Source of the DNA: Patescibacteria group bacterium
Lineage (GTDB): Bacteria; Patescibacteriota; Patescibacteriia; Patescibacteriales; UBA12465
DNA length: 64,000 bases
Reading direction: 5' to 3'
NCBI GenBank assembly: GCA_041658665.1
Contig: JBAZZR010000002.1
Coordinates: 137,147 to 201,146 of the forward strand
This document shows, one piece after another, positions 14,183-24,210 of the stretch. Every line of letters begins with the position of its first letter. Position 1 is the stretch's first letter. The notes beneath the pieces are model-generated. The model was not told the DNA's origin, did not search any database, and worked only from the letters and a program-made list of their open reading frames with translations. The position numbers and the translations under genes are program-made.

Positions 14183-16567
14183 TTAATTATTGATTCTATC
14201 AGTATATTTAGCGCGTAAACTTAAGAGCGCTTGATCGTCAGGGGCTAAATTAATAGCTTTATCTAAATAATATAAAGCCTGATTAATATTTTTTTTCTCC
14301 CTATATAACTCGGCTAACGCGGCCGGCCAGTGGTAATCACTCGGTCCTCGATGCCAACCTCTTAAATTATACTTAATCGCTTCGTCTAAATTACCACGGC
14401 GATAATAAGTATCGGCAATTTTCTTTAACAGAGTAAAATCATTAAAATTGCTCTCATAAGCTAAACGAAAATATTTCTCCGCCGCCCCCTCATTTTTTTG
14501 TCGCTCAAAAGCCTCCGCTATTTTCTGATAAATCAAGTATTGATAATAAAGAACCTCCTGTCGATGTGATTCGTTCAAGCCTCGATCAGTTAAGCTTGGT
14601 AAATTCAAAAGAGCGGCCTCGTAAGCGGCTCGCGCCTCCTCAGTAAAATTCTGAGCGAGAGCGATATTCCCTTTTTCTAAATAAGCAGGCGGCCAATGAG
14701 GACTTAATTTTATTAATTGATCAATATAAGCTTGCGCCATGATAAAATTTTTAAGTACCCGGTTAATCTTAGCTTTAACTAATAAATTACGATAACTCGA
14801 GGCTGGTAGAGATTGATCTAACTCCGCTAATTTATCAGACACTACTTTCTTGGTCGCTAAATCACTAGCCGAAGGAAGCGCCTCGCTTAATTTATCTCCG
14901 AAAAAATTATCATAGGTCTGTTGATTAACCGGGTTCGGTCGTTGCGCCCTAAGATAATCGTATAAAACTAGGGAAGTAAAATAATCTGATCTAGCTAAAG
15001 CGGAATAAATCCGAGCAAAATAATAATCAGCTGATAAATCATTAAAGACGATAATAATTCGCCAAAAAATTAATAAAGCAAAAATAAAAATACCACTTAA
15101 TTTAATCAACCAATTAATGCGCTTAGACTTAAAAAAATCCTTTAAATAATTACTAATCACTAAAGAGGGTTCGTTAATTCCCTTTTGATTAACCTGAAGA
15201 GCGACTAACAGCGCCAAGAATAACCACAAATATATTTCTCCCGTTACAATAGTAAAACTAAATAAAAGAGAAAACAAATACATAAAAATTCCTAGAGCAA
15301 TGGCGCCTGATAACGCCCCGGACTTTTTATCAATTAAATTTTCTTTTATTAAACGACCAATAAAACAATAGAGAATAAAGTATAAAAGAAAACCCCAAGC
15401 CCCTAACGACAAGCCGAGATCGAGAATTAAGTTATGAGCACGATCGGCCGACTGACCAACCGGGGCATAAACTCCCCATTGGACATCATAATATTTAATA
15501 AAAACCTCAAGATTATTTTCCGGACCATATCCCCATAACGGCTTTTGACTGATAGCATCAATCGCGGCTCGATATAAATCTAGCCGCGCTGCCACCGAAC
15601 CTTCTTTAAAATTCCCTAAGCTAATTAGCCGGCCAGCCGAAAAATAATTAAAACTCCCTAATATTATTATAATAACTAAAAAAGAAAAAATTAAAATTAA
15701 AATTTTTTTTCTAACGGGCCAAACGGATAAAAAAAATCTATAGCTTAGAAAAAGGATTAGTCCAGCGACTAGGGCAATTAGCCCTCCCCGACTACCCGTT
15801 AGAAATAGACAAACGAGTTGAACAAAAATAATTAACAAATAAAAAAATCTAAACAAAAACCGTTGACTAAGTTTAAATAAATAGAAACTAAGAGGGATTA
15901 CTAACAATAGCCAAGAGGCTAAAAAATTAGGCTGGCCAAAAGTAGAAATTGTTCGGTGAGTTAAAAAAGGCGCTTCCGACCAAGTTAAAAAATCAATACC
16001 TAAGATTTGTAATAGGCCATAAAACGAGACCAATAGACTAGAAATAACCGCGGTAATAATAATTCGCTTAAAACGGCGCGCGATATTATCCTGGCTAATA
16101 TCTAAATTCGAACTATGATAGGTATTACTAACCGTTAAAATATTAAAGGTAAGCAAAATAAACCAAATAAAATAAAAAATGTAACTAATTATCCCGTCTT
16201 GACGTTCGAGCGACCCATAAAAACTCCGAACCGGATCAAGGGAAGTAAAAAGACTAATACCCAGACCAATAATAAAAATAGTTGGTATTAACCAATATTT
16301 TTTAATTAATAACCATAATAAAACTTGATAGTGGCGCCAATAAAAAATTAATTTGCCCACCGTCCCTAACAGGAGCAAACAAACCAAAACTTGAAAAAGC
16401 GCTAATTTATTAAATTCGAAAATATTATAAGTGGGGAACCAATAAGAAAACCACAAGGGGATCAAAAAGATCGTCGCTAAATAGATAAATTCAATGAATA
16501 AATCTAAAAATTCGCGGCCGTTTAAAACCCTTGAACGCTTAAATAACCAATTTTTTAGCTTAATCAT
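14183..16567 (-). CDS. Polytopic O-antigen-ligase/Wzy-like membrane protein with C-terminal TPR repeats
   Basis: 794 aa with more than 10 TM helices and a Wzy_C-like TGSRGGLIALVAGL motif. The C-terminal ~300 aa are TPR-like (YYRRGNLDEAIKYNLRG, YLDKAINLAPDD). Confidence 0.75.
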   Translation of the reverse strand: MIKLKNWLFKRSRVLNGREFLDLFIEFIYLATIFLIPLWFSYWFPTYNIFEFNKLALFQVLVCLLLLGTVGKLIFYWRHYQVLLWLLIKKYWLIPTIFIIGLGISLFTSLDPVRSFYGSLERQDGIISYIFYFIWFILLTFNILTVSNTYHSSNLDISQDNIARRFKRIIITAVISSLLVSFYGLLQILGIDFLTWSEAPFLTHRTISTFGQPNFLASWLLLVIPLSFYLFKLSQRFLFRFFYLLIIFVQLVCLFLTGSRGGLIALVAGLILFLSYRFFLSVWPVRKKILILIFSFLVIIIILGSFNYFSAGRLISLGNFKEGSVAARLDLYRAAIDAISQKPLWGYGPENNLEVFIKYYDVQWGVYAPVGQSADRAHNLILDLGLSLGAWGFLLYFILYCFIGRLIKENLIDKKSGALSGAIALGIFMYLFSLLFSFTIVTGEIYLWLFLALLVALQVNQKGINEPSLVISNYLKDFFKSKRINWLIKLSGIFIFALLIFWRIIIVFNDLSADYYFARIYSALARSDYFTSLVLYDYLRAQRPNPVNQQTYDNFFGDKLSEALPSASDLATKKVVSDKLAELDQSLPASSYRNLLVKAKINRVLKNFIMAQAYIDQLIKLSPHWPPAYLEKGNIALAQNFTEEARAAYEAALLNLPSLTDRGLNESHRQEVLYYQYLIYQKIAEAFERQKNEGAAEKYFRLAYESNFNDFTLLKKIADTYYRRGNLDEAIKYNLRGWHRGPSDYHWPAALAELYREKKNINQALYYLDKAINLAPDDQALLSLRAKYTDRINN

Positions 16568-16630
16568 TCCTTAATTATAGCAAATAAAAAAAGAGCTGAA
16601 AACCGCTCCTTTTTTGTTTCGTACTAATAA

Positions 16631-17542
16631 TTATTGTTTACGCTGGCGCGCTAAACTATCCCAAATAACCAAAGCGGGGCTAGCGATAAAAATCGAACTA
16701 TAAGTACCGATAAAAATACCAATAATTAGAGCCAGGGCGAAGTCTTTGATAGTGTCGCCACCAAAAAATAAAACCGCTAAAAGCGCTAAAATGGCCGATA
16801 ATGAGGTGTTAATTGAGCGAGTAATAGTTTGGTTAACACTATTATTAACCGTTGTCTCAAAGTCATCTCGACTTTTGGGTAAATTCTCCCGAATACGATC
16901 AAAAACAATAATCGTATCGCTGACGCTATAACCCAGAACTGTTAAAATAGCGGCGATAAACGGCGTATTAATTTCAATCCCATAAAAATGTCCGAGAATA
17001 GCAAAAACTCCTAAAATAAATAAAATATCATGGACGAGCGCAATAATAGCGGCGACACCATACTTCCAAGAAGCGACCGGCTTAGATACTTTATTAAAAG
17101 CAAAGGAAATATAGATGATAATCATGATAAAACAGATGATCGTCGCATTAAAAGATTTACTTTTTAACTCCTGCCCAATCGATGGCCCTACGGAGTTAAA
17201 TTGTAATTCGTTGAAAACTGCTCCTGGCTTGTCCTTAACCAAAGATTGCAAGCGCGCGACTGCGGCTTGATGCGCCTCCTCCGTATTTTCTTGAAAACGT
17301 AAAATAACCGAATTATTGGTCGGCTGAATTATCAAATTATGTAAATTAGCTGACTTAAGACTATCTTGTATTTCCGTTAAATTAGGTTGGTAATTTTTAA
17401 ATTCTACCTCTAATAAACTGCCGCCGGTAAAATCTACCCCAAAATTTAAACCCCAGACCATTAACGCTAAAATAGAAGCAACAATCGCTAGACTAGAAAG
17501 AGACAAAAATATTTTTCTTTTTTGGATTATCTGATAAGTCAT
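16631..17542 (-). CDS. secF: Protein translocase subunit SecF
   Basis: LNFGVDFTGG motif, GYSVSDTIIVFDRIREN, six-TM layout, adjacent to secD. Confidence 0.93.
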   Translation of the reverse strand: MTYQIIQKRKIFLSLSSLAIVASILALMVWGLNFGVDFTGGSLLEVEFKNYQPNLTEIQDSLKSANLHNLIIQPTNNSVILRFQENTEEAHQAAVARLQSLVKDKPGAVFNELQFNSVGPSIGQELKSKSFNATIICFIMIIIYISFAFNKVSKPVASWKYGVAAIIALVHDILFILGVFAILGHFYGIEINTPFIAAILTVLGYSVSDTIIVFDRIRENLPKSRDDFETTVNNSVNQTITRSINTSLSAILALLAVLFFGGDTIKDFALALIIGIFIGTYSSIFIASPALVIWDSLARQRKQ

Positions 17543-17597
17543 AAATATAGCTTATAAATTTATAAATTTTATAGACACCTGCCCTCACTAAACTAAA

Positions 17598-19163
17598 TTA
17601 TTTTTCTTCCTTCAAGCGACTTACGCCCAAAAGCCAAGTTCTCTTCTCGAGCCAATCGCCTAAAATAACCACTAATAAAGTATGGGTAATGACAATAGCG
17701 CTGAATAAAGAAACGGCAATACCGATAAATAAAGTTGTACCAAAACCTTGGACCGTCGAGGTGCCGAAAAACATTAAAATCAAACAAGTTAAAATAGTCG
17801 ATACGTTACCGTCACGAATAGACGGCCAAGCACGCTTAAATCCGTCGTCAACCGCTTGTTTAACATTCTTGCCCGCTTTTAACTCTTCCCTCGTCCGAGA
17901 GAAAATTAAAATATTAGCATCAACGGCCATCCCAATCGATAAAATAAAACCAGCGATACCGGATAAAGACAGGGTAATCGGTTTTAAAGCATAAAAAAAT
18001 AACAATAAACCAACGACAATAAATAACAAGGCTAAAGTGCCATTAAAAATTTTTAGTTCATTAAAAGTATAGAAAATCAAAGCAATCATAATAACCACCA
18101 AGACTAGTGATAACCACAAAGGCAGAACTTTAAATATCGCTAAAACAGTTAAACCATAAACTAATAAAGATAAAACCGATAAAAACCCGGGTAAACGATA
18201 ATACAAAATCATAAATATCGAAACCAGCGCTAAACCGATTAAACCAGCCTTCAAACTATTATCAATCGACTTAGCTCCCAAGCTAGCTTCGACTGTCTTT
18301 TGAGAAATTAAGGAAACCGGAACCGGTAAAGCCCCGGAATTTAATCTCTTAACTAATAATTTAGCTTCTTCAACATTAAAACGTCCGGAAATAGAAGCTT
18401 TACCGCCACTTATTTTATCATTAACCGTCGGCGCACTAATCACATAGCCGTCCAAGAAGATCGCGACTGGTTTCCCAATATTACGCGCCGTAATATCCTC
18501 AAATAATTTAGCCCCATCCGTATCAAATTCTAACGATACTTCTGGCGTGCCGTCATTAGGGTTAAATTGAACTGCCGCCCTTTTCAGATATTTACCGGTT
18601 AACTCAGTATTTTTCCAACTACTAGATAAATCTAGAGCCATCGGCGCCGAAGAAGCCGTGGTCGAACTCGCAATCGTAACATTTTGCACAACACTGCCCT
18701 GTTCTTTAAATTCTAAAATAGGCATTTCCCCAATAGTTTTTATAGCCTCGCTGACGTCCTTGACCCCGGCTAATTCAGCGATAATTTGATAATCGCCTCC
18801 CATACTCCGGTTAACCTGAATTAAAGGTTCGCTCACGCCAAAAACATTAACTCGACGCTCAATAACGTCTCGAGCCGATTCCATCGCTCCCGCCCGATCA
18901 GTCTCCGCAATATTCTTCAGGTCAGCCTGATAAACTAAATGAGCGCCACCCTGTAAATCTAACCCTAAACTAAAAGGAATATTATTAGTAACGGGCAGAA
19001 CCACAATATTATTAGTTCTAGCGGCCAAATTCTTAACGAAAGAATTGTAAAAATTTCCGCCGACCGTAATCGCGACGGTGATAGTAAAAATAATAATTAA
19101 GACCAAAACATACCAAGACTTGGCCCGGGACGACAATTTAGAAAATTTTTGAATAAGTGACAT
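17598..19163 (-). CDS. secD: Protein translocase subunit SecD
   Basis: LGLDLQGGAHLVYQAD, periplasmic domain, GMAVDANILIFSRTREE. Confidence 0.93.
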   Translation of the reverse strand: MSLIQKFSKLSSRAKSWYVLVLIIIFTITVAITVGGNFYNSFVKNLAARTNNIVVLPVTNNIPFSLGLDLQGGAHLVYQADLKNIAETDRAGAMESARDVIERRVNVFGVSEPLIQVNRSMGGDYQIIAELAGVKDVSEAIKTIGEMPILEFKEQGSVVQNVTIASSTTASSAPMALDLSSSWKNTELTGKYLKRAAVQFNPNDGTPEVSLEFDTDGAKLFEDITARNIGKPVAIFLDGYVISAPTVNDKISGGKASISGRFNVEEAKLLVKRLNSGALPVPVSLISQKTVEASLGAKSIDNSLKAGLIGLALVSIFMILYYRLPGFLSVLSLLVYGLTVLAIFKVLPLWLSLVLVVIMIALIFYTFNELKIFNGTLALLFIVVGLLLFFYALKPITLSLSGIAGFILSIGMAVDANILIFSRTREELKAGKNVKQAVDDGFKRAWPSIRDGNVSTILTCLILMFFGTSTVQGFGTTLFIGIAVSLFSAIVITHTLLVVILGDWLEKRTWLLGVSRLKEEK

Positions 19164-19334
19164 ACACTTTAATTAAATTAAGTAAAATATAGCCCGCTAA
19201 GCTTCAGCCTAGTCAGCTTGTTTTATATTAGCTTAAACTGGCTTTATCTTAGAATAGTTGAGAATAAAAATCAAGAGGGCTAGTAAGTAATACTAAATAA
19301 ATTAGAAATGCCTATAAGGGGTCAAGGAAACCAA

Positions 19335-19364
19335 TAAAAAACCGATTGTTGTAAAAACAATCGG
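19335..19364 (-). terminator. Rho-independent terminator after the T9SS-sorting-domain gene
   Basis: 9-bp stem CCGATTGTT/AACAATCGG with a 5-nt loop, followed on the minus strand by six T. It lies 41 nt after the stop at 19405. Confidence 0.7.
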
Positions 19365-19404
19365 CTTCCGGATGAAAATTTGACGCCACCGGATAGAAGA
19401 CATT

Positions 19405-21204
19405 TTACTTCATTAAAACCATTTTTTTGGTTTGAATAAAGTTGTTCGCTGTCAGGCGACAAAGATAGGCACCGCTCGCTAGTTGACTGCCGTCAAAATT
19501 AACTTGATAATTCCCCACGGTTTTTTCTTCATTAACTAATATTGCTACTTCCTTACCAAGAATATCGTAAACTTTCAAAGTAACGAAAGAATTCTCTGGT
19601 ACCGAATAACTTATTGTCGTTGAGGGATTGAAAGGATTCGGATAATTTTGGGACAAATTAAAGCTAATCGGTAAATTTTCGGTTGTTTCGACATCGGTAG
19701 TAGTGAGTGTAGAAATAGCTTCAACTTTATACTTCATATTAGCATCAGGCAACTTAACAACGGCCTGACCATTTATCACCTGAGCTACTTGAGCCCAGTA
19801 TCGACCATTAAATAAACCGGAAACATTAACAGCAAATCCTTGAGTTTTTATTGTTAATTCATCACCGGCTACTTCTGTAGAGTTTGGTACAACTACAGTC
19901 CCGCTACCAATTGGATGTTCAGACATTAATTCCCCAATACCGAGATTTCTCACTAAAATATTATCAGGATTATTAATATAAACCCTTAATAACCAAATTT
20001 CCAGGAACGACGGGACTGAGGACTTGAACAATAATACACCGCGCCCGACATTAACTCCTTCTGAAGAAAAGGTAAGCTCTGAGCTAAGAATCCCTGCTCT
20101 ATTATACTCGTCCTCTAAAATGATAACGTCTTTTTCGTTCACTGTTCCATTACCGTTAATATCCCCCCGAATACCGTCGATGCTTTGTAAGCCCAGCCAA
20201 TGAGTGTAAGATTTAACCGTCGGTTCTGAAAATTGAGGGGTATAAAGAATTGTCTCTAAATAATACGGGATTAAAACCGTCTCATTCGGTCTTAAATTAT
20301 TAAAACCACATATTTCCCCAAATCGGTAGCCGCTAGTACCCTTTTCCGGATCGTTACTAAACCAAGATAATGAGTAATTGTCATTTAAATAGTTTTCTGT
20401 TAATCGACCATTTCTAGACAAATAGTCATAATCACACAAACTATCTACTGCCCTCGGACTCGTGAAATGAAACTGATTGAAACTGAGGCTATTCCAAAGC
20501 CCAATATTCATTCGGAAACTGTTAATAGCCTGCGGCAGTAAATTGTCCGGGGCTAGTTGAAAGTAGCCGTATGTCCAGAACAATTGTTCGGGTAAAATAT
20601 AGAGAGTATCGTTTTTCGTCTGGGGTTCAAATATTAACTCTACATGAGTTTTATTCGGATCTACAAATGAAAAAAAAGATCCATACGTATCTACCGGGTA
20701 GATATAGTTTTCCATGGCTTTTCCACCACCTTTTACTTCGCTAACGCGGGGTAAAATACTACCATCGCCTTTGATACCTAACAAATTAAAGGACAATGTT
20801 TTACTGCTATTAGCGGGAATTGTTAAATTAAAAGAAAACTGACATGAATGTATCCCCTCGGGTAATAAAGCCGAACCCAACATCACACTTTGGCACCCTA
20901 GATTAACCTGATCAATCTTCGGCATGTTGTCATATGAGTACTGTTGACTCACCGAAAATATCAGTGAATTAATAACAACTTCTTTGTCCCCAGCTGTTAT
21001 TACGACGGCCATGACTTTTAAATTATCGGGGATCTGATCAACGATACCCGGCCTCTCTTGCCAAGGAGAGTCAGGACTTAGGGAGACTGTAAACAATTCT
21101 CCATTAGTAGAAGGGGGAAGAATCTGCGCTCCGGCTTTACCAGAAAAACCCGATAACAAGAACAGAACAACAAAAAATACGAAAGAAACTGTGAACTTTT
21201 TCAT
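19405..21204 (-). CDS. Secreted protein with a dockerin/EF-hand-like loop and a C-terminal T9SS (Por) sorting domain
   Basis: Signal peptide MKKFTVSFVFFVVLFLLSGFSGKAGA; DINGNGTVNEKD; C-terminal LSQNYPNPFNPSTTISYSVPENSFVTLKVYDILGKEVAILVNE..LASGAYLCRL..KKMVLMK. AAGGAG lies 6 nt before the ATG. Confidence 0.8.
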   Translation of the reverse strand: MKKFTVSFVFFVVLFLLSGFSGKAGAQILPPSTNGELFTVSLSPDSPWQERPGIVDQIPDNLKVMAVVITAGDKEVVINSLIFSVSQQYSYDNMPKIDQVNLGCQSVMLGSALLPEGIHSCQFSFNLTIPANSSKTLSFNLLGIKGDGSILPRVSEVKGGGKAMENYIYPVDTYGSFFSFVDPNKTHVELIFEPQTKNDTLYILPEQLFWTYGYFQLAPDNLLPQAINSFRMNIGLWNSLSFNQFHFTSPRAVDSLCDYDYLSRNGRLTENYLNDNYSLSWFSNDPEKGTSGYRFGEICGFNNLRPNETVLIPYYLETILYTPQFSEPTVKSYTHWLGLQSIDGIRGDINGNGTVNEKDVIILEDEYNRAGILSSELTFSSEGVNVGRGVLLFKSSVPSFLEIWLLRVYINNPDNILVRNLGIGELMSEHPIGSGTVVVPNSTEVAGDELTIKTQGFAVNVSGLFNGRYWAQVAQVINGQAVVKLPDANMKYKVEAISTLTTTDVETTENLPISFNLSQNYPNPFNPSTTISYSVPENSFVTLKVYDILGKEVAILVNEEKTVGNYQVNFDGSQLASGAYLCRLTANNFIQTKKMVLMK

Positions 21205-21331
21205 TTTGGACTCCTTTTGATTATTGAATTATTTATTTAATATTAGTAAAATTATTAATAAAATTACCTATATATTTGGGAAAGATCGCTTAACTGATAA
21301 ACTATACTACACATCGTTAATATTGTCAATA

Positions 21332-21360
21332 TTTAAAAAAATAACAGTTTTAAGTATAAT
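21332..21360 (+). promoter_or_regulatory. Possible clpP promoter
   Basis: TTTAAA (21332-21337), 17 nt, TATAAT (21355-21360), 48 nt before the ATG. AT-rich DNA makes chance matches likely. Confidence 0.3.
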
Positions 21361-21407
21361 TAAACTCTAGAATATAAAAATCCCGCTTAAACGGGAATTA
21401 TAATAAT

Positions 21408-21995
21408 ATGCCATTAATCCCCACCGTTATTGAAAAGGAAGGCCAAATCGAAAGAGCTTATGATATTTATTCCCGCCTTCTAAAAGATCGAATAATCTTT
21501 CTCGGCGAGTCTATCGACGACCACGTAGCCAATATCGTCATCGCTCAACTATTATTTTTAGACGCGGAAAATAAAGATCAGGATATTAAATTCTATATTA
21601 ATTCGCCGGGCGGTTCAGTGACGGCGGGTTTAGCAATTTATGATACGATGCAATATATTAAATCTGATGTCTCAACTATCTGCGTCGGCTTAGCGGCCTC
21701 CATGTCGTCGGTCCTCTTGGCGGCCGGAAAAAAAGGAAAAAGATTCGCTTTGCCAAACAGTGAGATTATGATTCATCAAGTTATGGGCGGCGCCGAAGGA
21801 CAAGCTTCGGATATAAAAATTCGCGCTGAACATATTCTAAAAACTAAAGACAAGATGAATAGAATATTAGCGTCCCACACCGGTCAAAAAATAACCACTA
21901 TTGAAAAAGATAGTGATCGGGATAATTTTATGACTGCGCCAGAAGCTCTTAAATATGGTCTGATTGATAAAATACTCGGACAACTAGTTAAATAA
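21408..21995 (+). CDS. clpP: ATP-dependent Clp protease proteolytic subunit
   Basis: [11 protein letters not shown], catalytic [11 protein letters not shown] (Ser), IMIHQVMGG (His), and typical length. Confidence 0.97.
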   Translation: MPLIPTVIEKEGQIERAYDIYSRLLKDRIIFLGESIDDHVANIVIAQLLFLDAENKDQDIKFYINSPGGSVTAGLAIYDTMQYIKSDVSTICVGLAASMSSVLLAAGKKGKRFALPNSEIMIHQVMGGAEGQASDIKIRAEHILKTKDKMNRILASHTGQKITTIEKDSDRDNFMTAPEALKYGLIDKILGQLVK

Positions 21996-22010
21996 ATTCT
22001 CAACTTAAAA

Positions 22011-22038
22011 CTCCGGCTACCTCGCCGGAGTTTTTTAA
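22011..22038. terminator. Terminator between convergent clpP and the surface-protein block (stronger on the plus strand)
   Basis: 8-bp GC-rich stem ACTCCGGC/GCCGGAGT with a 6-nt loop, followed by TTTTTT on the plus strand. A short A-run on the other side allows weak minus-strand function. Confidence 0.75.
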
Positions 22039-22069
22039 AATATAACTAATATTGAACTAGCCAATTAAT

Positions 22070-23086
22070 TTATTTAATTGTTAGCGAATTAATAATTAAT
22101 TTAAAAATATTAGGATAAACTAAACGCTGTTCGAGCGCCGGAATATAAGAGACCACGATAATATTATTATGTTTCTTATCAGTCAAATAAAAATTAAAAT
22201 CATCCTCGCCCATTATCCCCTCCCAAGTAGCCCCATCTCGCAACTTATCATAAGCGACTACGACATTAGGGAATGATTCTTCGTACCAACTCAAAATACT
22301 AGCTTGCGTAGGATTATCTTGAATAGAAATCTGGACTAAGGATTCATCCGGCGCGGTAAAAATAACCGTAGCCTCGTTATTTAAAACTTTAACCGGCCAG
22401 TTTTTTGGATGAATTAAATCAAACGAAAAAAGTTTATTCTTATAAACAGTTAAATTTAAATCCGCGGCTAATTTACCGCTCCCCGCCGGATTATAACCAC
22501 TATTTAGTTCCGCTAAATCCGAATAAGTATCGCCGTCAGAATCAGCTAACATAATCGATGTCCCTAAAATCGTTTCTTCTTCATCATTTAAACCATCGCT
22601 ATCTGAATCCGCGATCGCTAGCGCGCTAGTATTATTAAAGGCCGCCGGATCATTAATATTAATCAGAGGGGTACTACTAGCTATCTCAGCGGTGCTAGAA
22701 GACAAAAGCGATAAATCAAAGGCGGGAGCGGGAGAAATCTCGACGGTTGAGGTTGCAATCAGCGCGGCGCTAGTTGCGACGACGGGGGCTTGAATTACTA
22801 TTTGATTGGGATTAGTTTGAGCGCTAGGATAAATAATAAACTTATAGCTCACATACACGACCACCCCGATAAATATTACTCCCGCAATAATAATTAATAA
22901 ACCAAAAAATTTAAAATTATTGAGCGGTTTTTGTAGTTGATAATTGGAAAAACTAGGTGACATTATCCCTTTAGTTCTAGGTGCCACCGCTTTTAATTTA
23001 CTGGGGCTAGGCATGTTATGGACGATCAAGTCCCGATGGACTCGAGGATCCAACTCTTGATTGGCGTTTACTTTTCGGTTTTTCAT
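22070..23086 (-). CDS. Membrane-anchored protein with thrombospondin-type-3-like Ca-binding repeats
   Basis: Start moved to MKNRKVNAN (cat at 23084-23086) to avoid overlap. It has a VHNMPSP motif, the TM helix FFGLLIIIAGVIFIGVVVYV, DSDSDGLNDEEE..DSDGDTYSDLAE..GYNPAGSGK, and a C-terminal ~130-aa domain. Confidence 0.6.
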   Translation of the reverse strand: MKNRKVNANQELDPRVHRDLIVHNMPSPSKLKAVAPRTKGIMSPSFSNYQLQKPLNNFKFFGLLIIIAGVIFIGVVVYVSYKFIIYPSAQTNPNQIVIQAPVVATSAALIATSTVEISPAPAFDLSLLSSSTAEIASSTPLININDPAAFNNTSALAIADSDSDGLNDEEETILGTSIMLADSDGDTYSDLAELNSGYNPAGSGKLAADLNLTVYKNKLFSFDLIHPKNWPVKVLNNEATVIFTAPDESLVQISIQDNPTQASILSWYEESFPNVVVAYDKLRDGATWEGIMGEDDFNFYLTDKKHNNIIVVSYIPALEQRLVYPNIFKLIINSLTIK

Positions 23087-23100
23087 AAATCTTAAAAAAC

Positions 23101-23295
23101 TTATCGCCAAAAAATTAAAATAGCCACTAAAATCATCAAACCAAAAATAAGGGCAGCCAAAAACAGCCATTTTTTAAAATGGCTATTAGCGGTCTGCGGC
23201 ATAGTATGGAGATTTAAAGATAAATGCGGTAAATTTTTTGCTCCCAGAACACCCGACCGTGCGGCTGACTTAGTATTTAATCTATTATCTAACAT
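23101..23295 (-). CDS. Possible 64-aa membrane protein
   Basis: An LHTMPQ motif plus the TM helix WLFLAALIFGLMILVAILIF mirrors the N-terminus of the next gene. It may be a real micro-protein or a duplicated gene fragment. Confidence 0.35.
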   Translation of the reverse strand: MLDNRLNTKSAARSGVLGAKNLPHLSLNLHTMPQTANSHFKKWLFLAALIFGLMILVAILIFWR

Positions 23296-23358
23296 AGAAC
23301 AATTCCCTAATCTTTTTTAACAAGAGATAAAAATTAATTATTTCTCAAGGAAAATCGC

Positions 23359-24147
23359 TTAAATTGTAGGCGTACTACTCGCTGTGGCTGGCATTTTACC
23401 AGGGCCATTAGGATTATAGCCATTTTTAACTTCCGCTCCATCTAAATAACTATCACCATCGGAATCAGCGCTTAAAGGATTGGTTTGATATATTTTCACC
23501 TCCTCATAATCACTTAAAGTATCACCATCCGTATCAATTACGTTAATATTAGTACCGGCCAATCTTTCTTCAACATCAACTAAACCATCATTATCCGAGT
23601 CAACTGATGAATTAACCGGGGGAATTACTTCTGAAGAGGTCGCCCCCAGAGTATCAGTACCAAGCGGCTTAACCGCCGGAGTATTGACGCCGGGAATCGA
23701 AGGAATCTCTCCGGCTTGGCTATTTGAGGTTGTTTCATTAGATCCGCCAGTCGGAGCCACGAAAGAACCGTTTTCTTCCGGCGTCTTTTTCACCTCCGAA
23801 GAATTATCAGTTTTTGGAGCGACTGCTTCTGGAGTTATGTCTGGATTAGTAACTGAAGCGGAAAAGAAATTTCGATAAACTAAATATCCCCCTAAAAGCA
23901 GAACCGCCGCGATCAAAACCCCTAAAACAATTTTAAACCATTTATTATCATAAACGACTGACGATAACTCCTCCGAAATATTTTCGCCGGACGCTAAACC
24001 AACTTTATGGGTATCAATCGCCGAAGCGGCTTGACCGGCACCATGCGAATTAGCTTGGGCATTATCCGTTGGTTTATCGGTTTCGGCAAAAATATCGTCA
24101 ACGGCCGAATGACTTTGATTATTAGTAGGATTTAGATTATTAAACAT
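23359..24147 (-). CDS. Membrane-anchored protein with thrombospondin-type-3-like Ca-binding repeats
   Basis: 262 aa. TM helix IVLGVLIAAVLLLGGYLVY, a Ser/Thr/Pro linker, then DSDNDGLVDVEE..DTDGDTLSDYEE..DSDGDSYLDGAE..GYNPNGPGK. Confidence 0.65.
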   Translation of the reverse strand: MFNNLNPTNNQSHSAVDDIFAETDKPTDNAQANSHGAGQAASAIDTHKVGLASGENISEELSSVVYDNKWFKIVLGVLIAAVLLLGGYLVYRNFFSASVTNPDITPEAVAPKTDNSSEVKKTPEENGSFVAPTGGSNETTSNSQAGEIPSIPGVNTPAVKPLGTDTLGATSSEVIPPVNSSVDSDNDGLVDVEERLAGTNINVIDTDGDTLSDYEEVKIYQTNPLSADSDGDSYLDGAEVKNGYNPNGPGKMPATASSTPTI

Positions 24148-24210
24148 ATTGTTTGATTATTATCTATTTTATTATAACTAATAAGCAGATTTTTGACTAG
24201 AACCATTAAT

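Noticed and set aside
17593-17994. ORFs 17593..17787 (-) and 17689..17994 (+)
   Set aside because: They are embedded in the secD coding region in other frames or strands and have no supporting motifs.
21385-21400. Short hairpin TCCCG-CTTAAA-CGGGA just upstream of the clpP ATG as a regulatory element (for example a CtsR site)
   Set aside because: It has only a 5-bp stem, and no GGTCAAA-type direct repeat was found. Evidence is insufficient.
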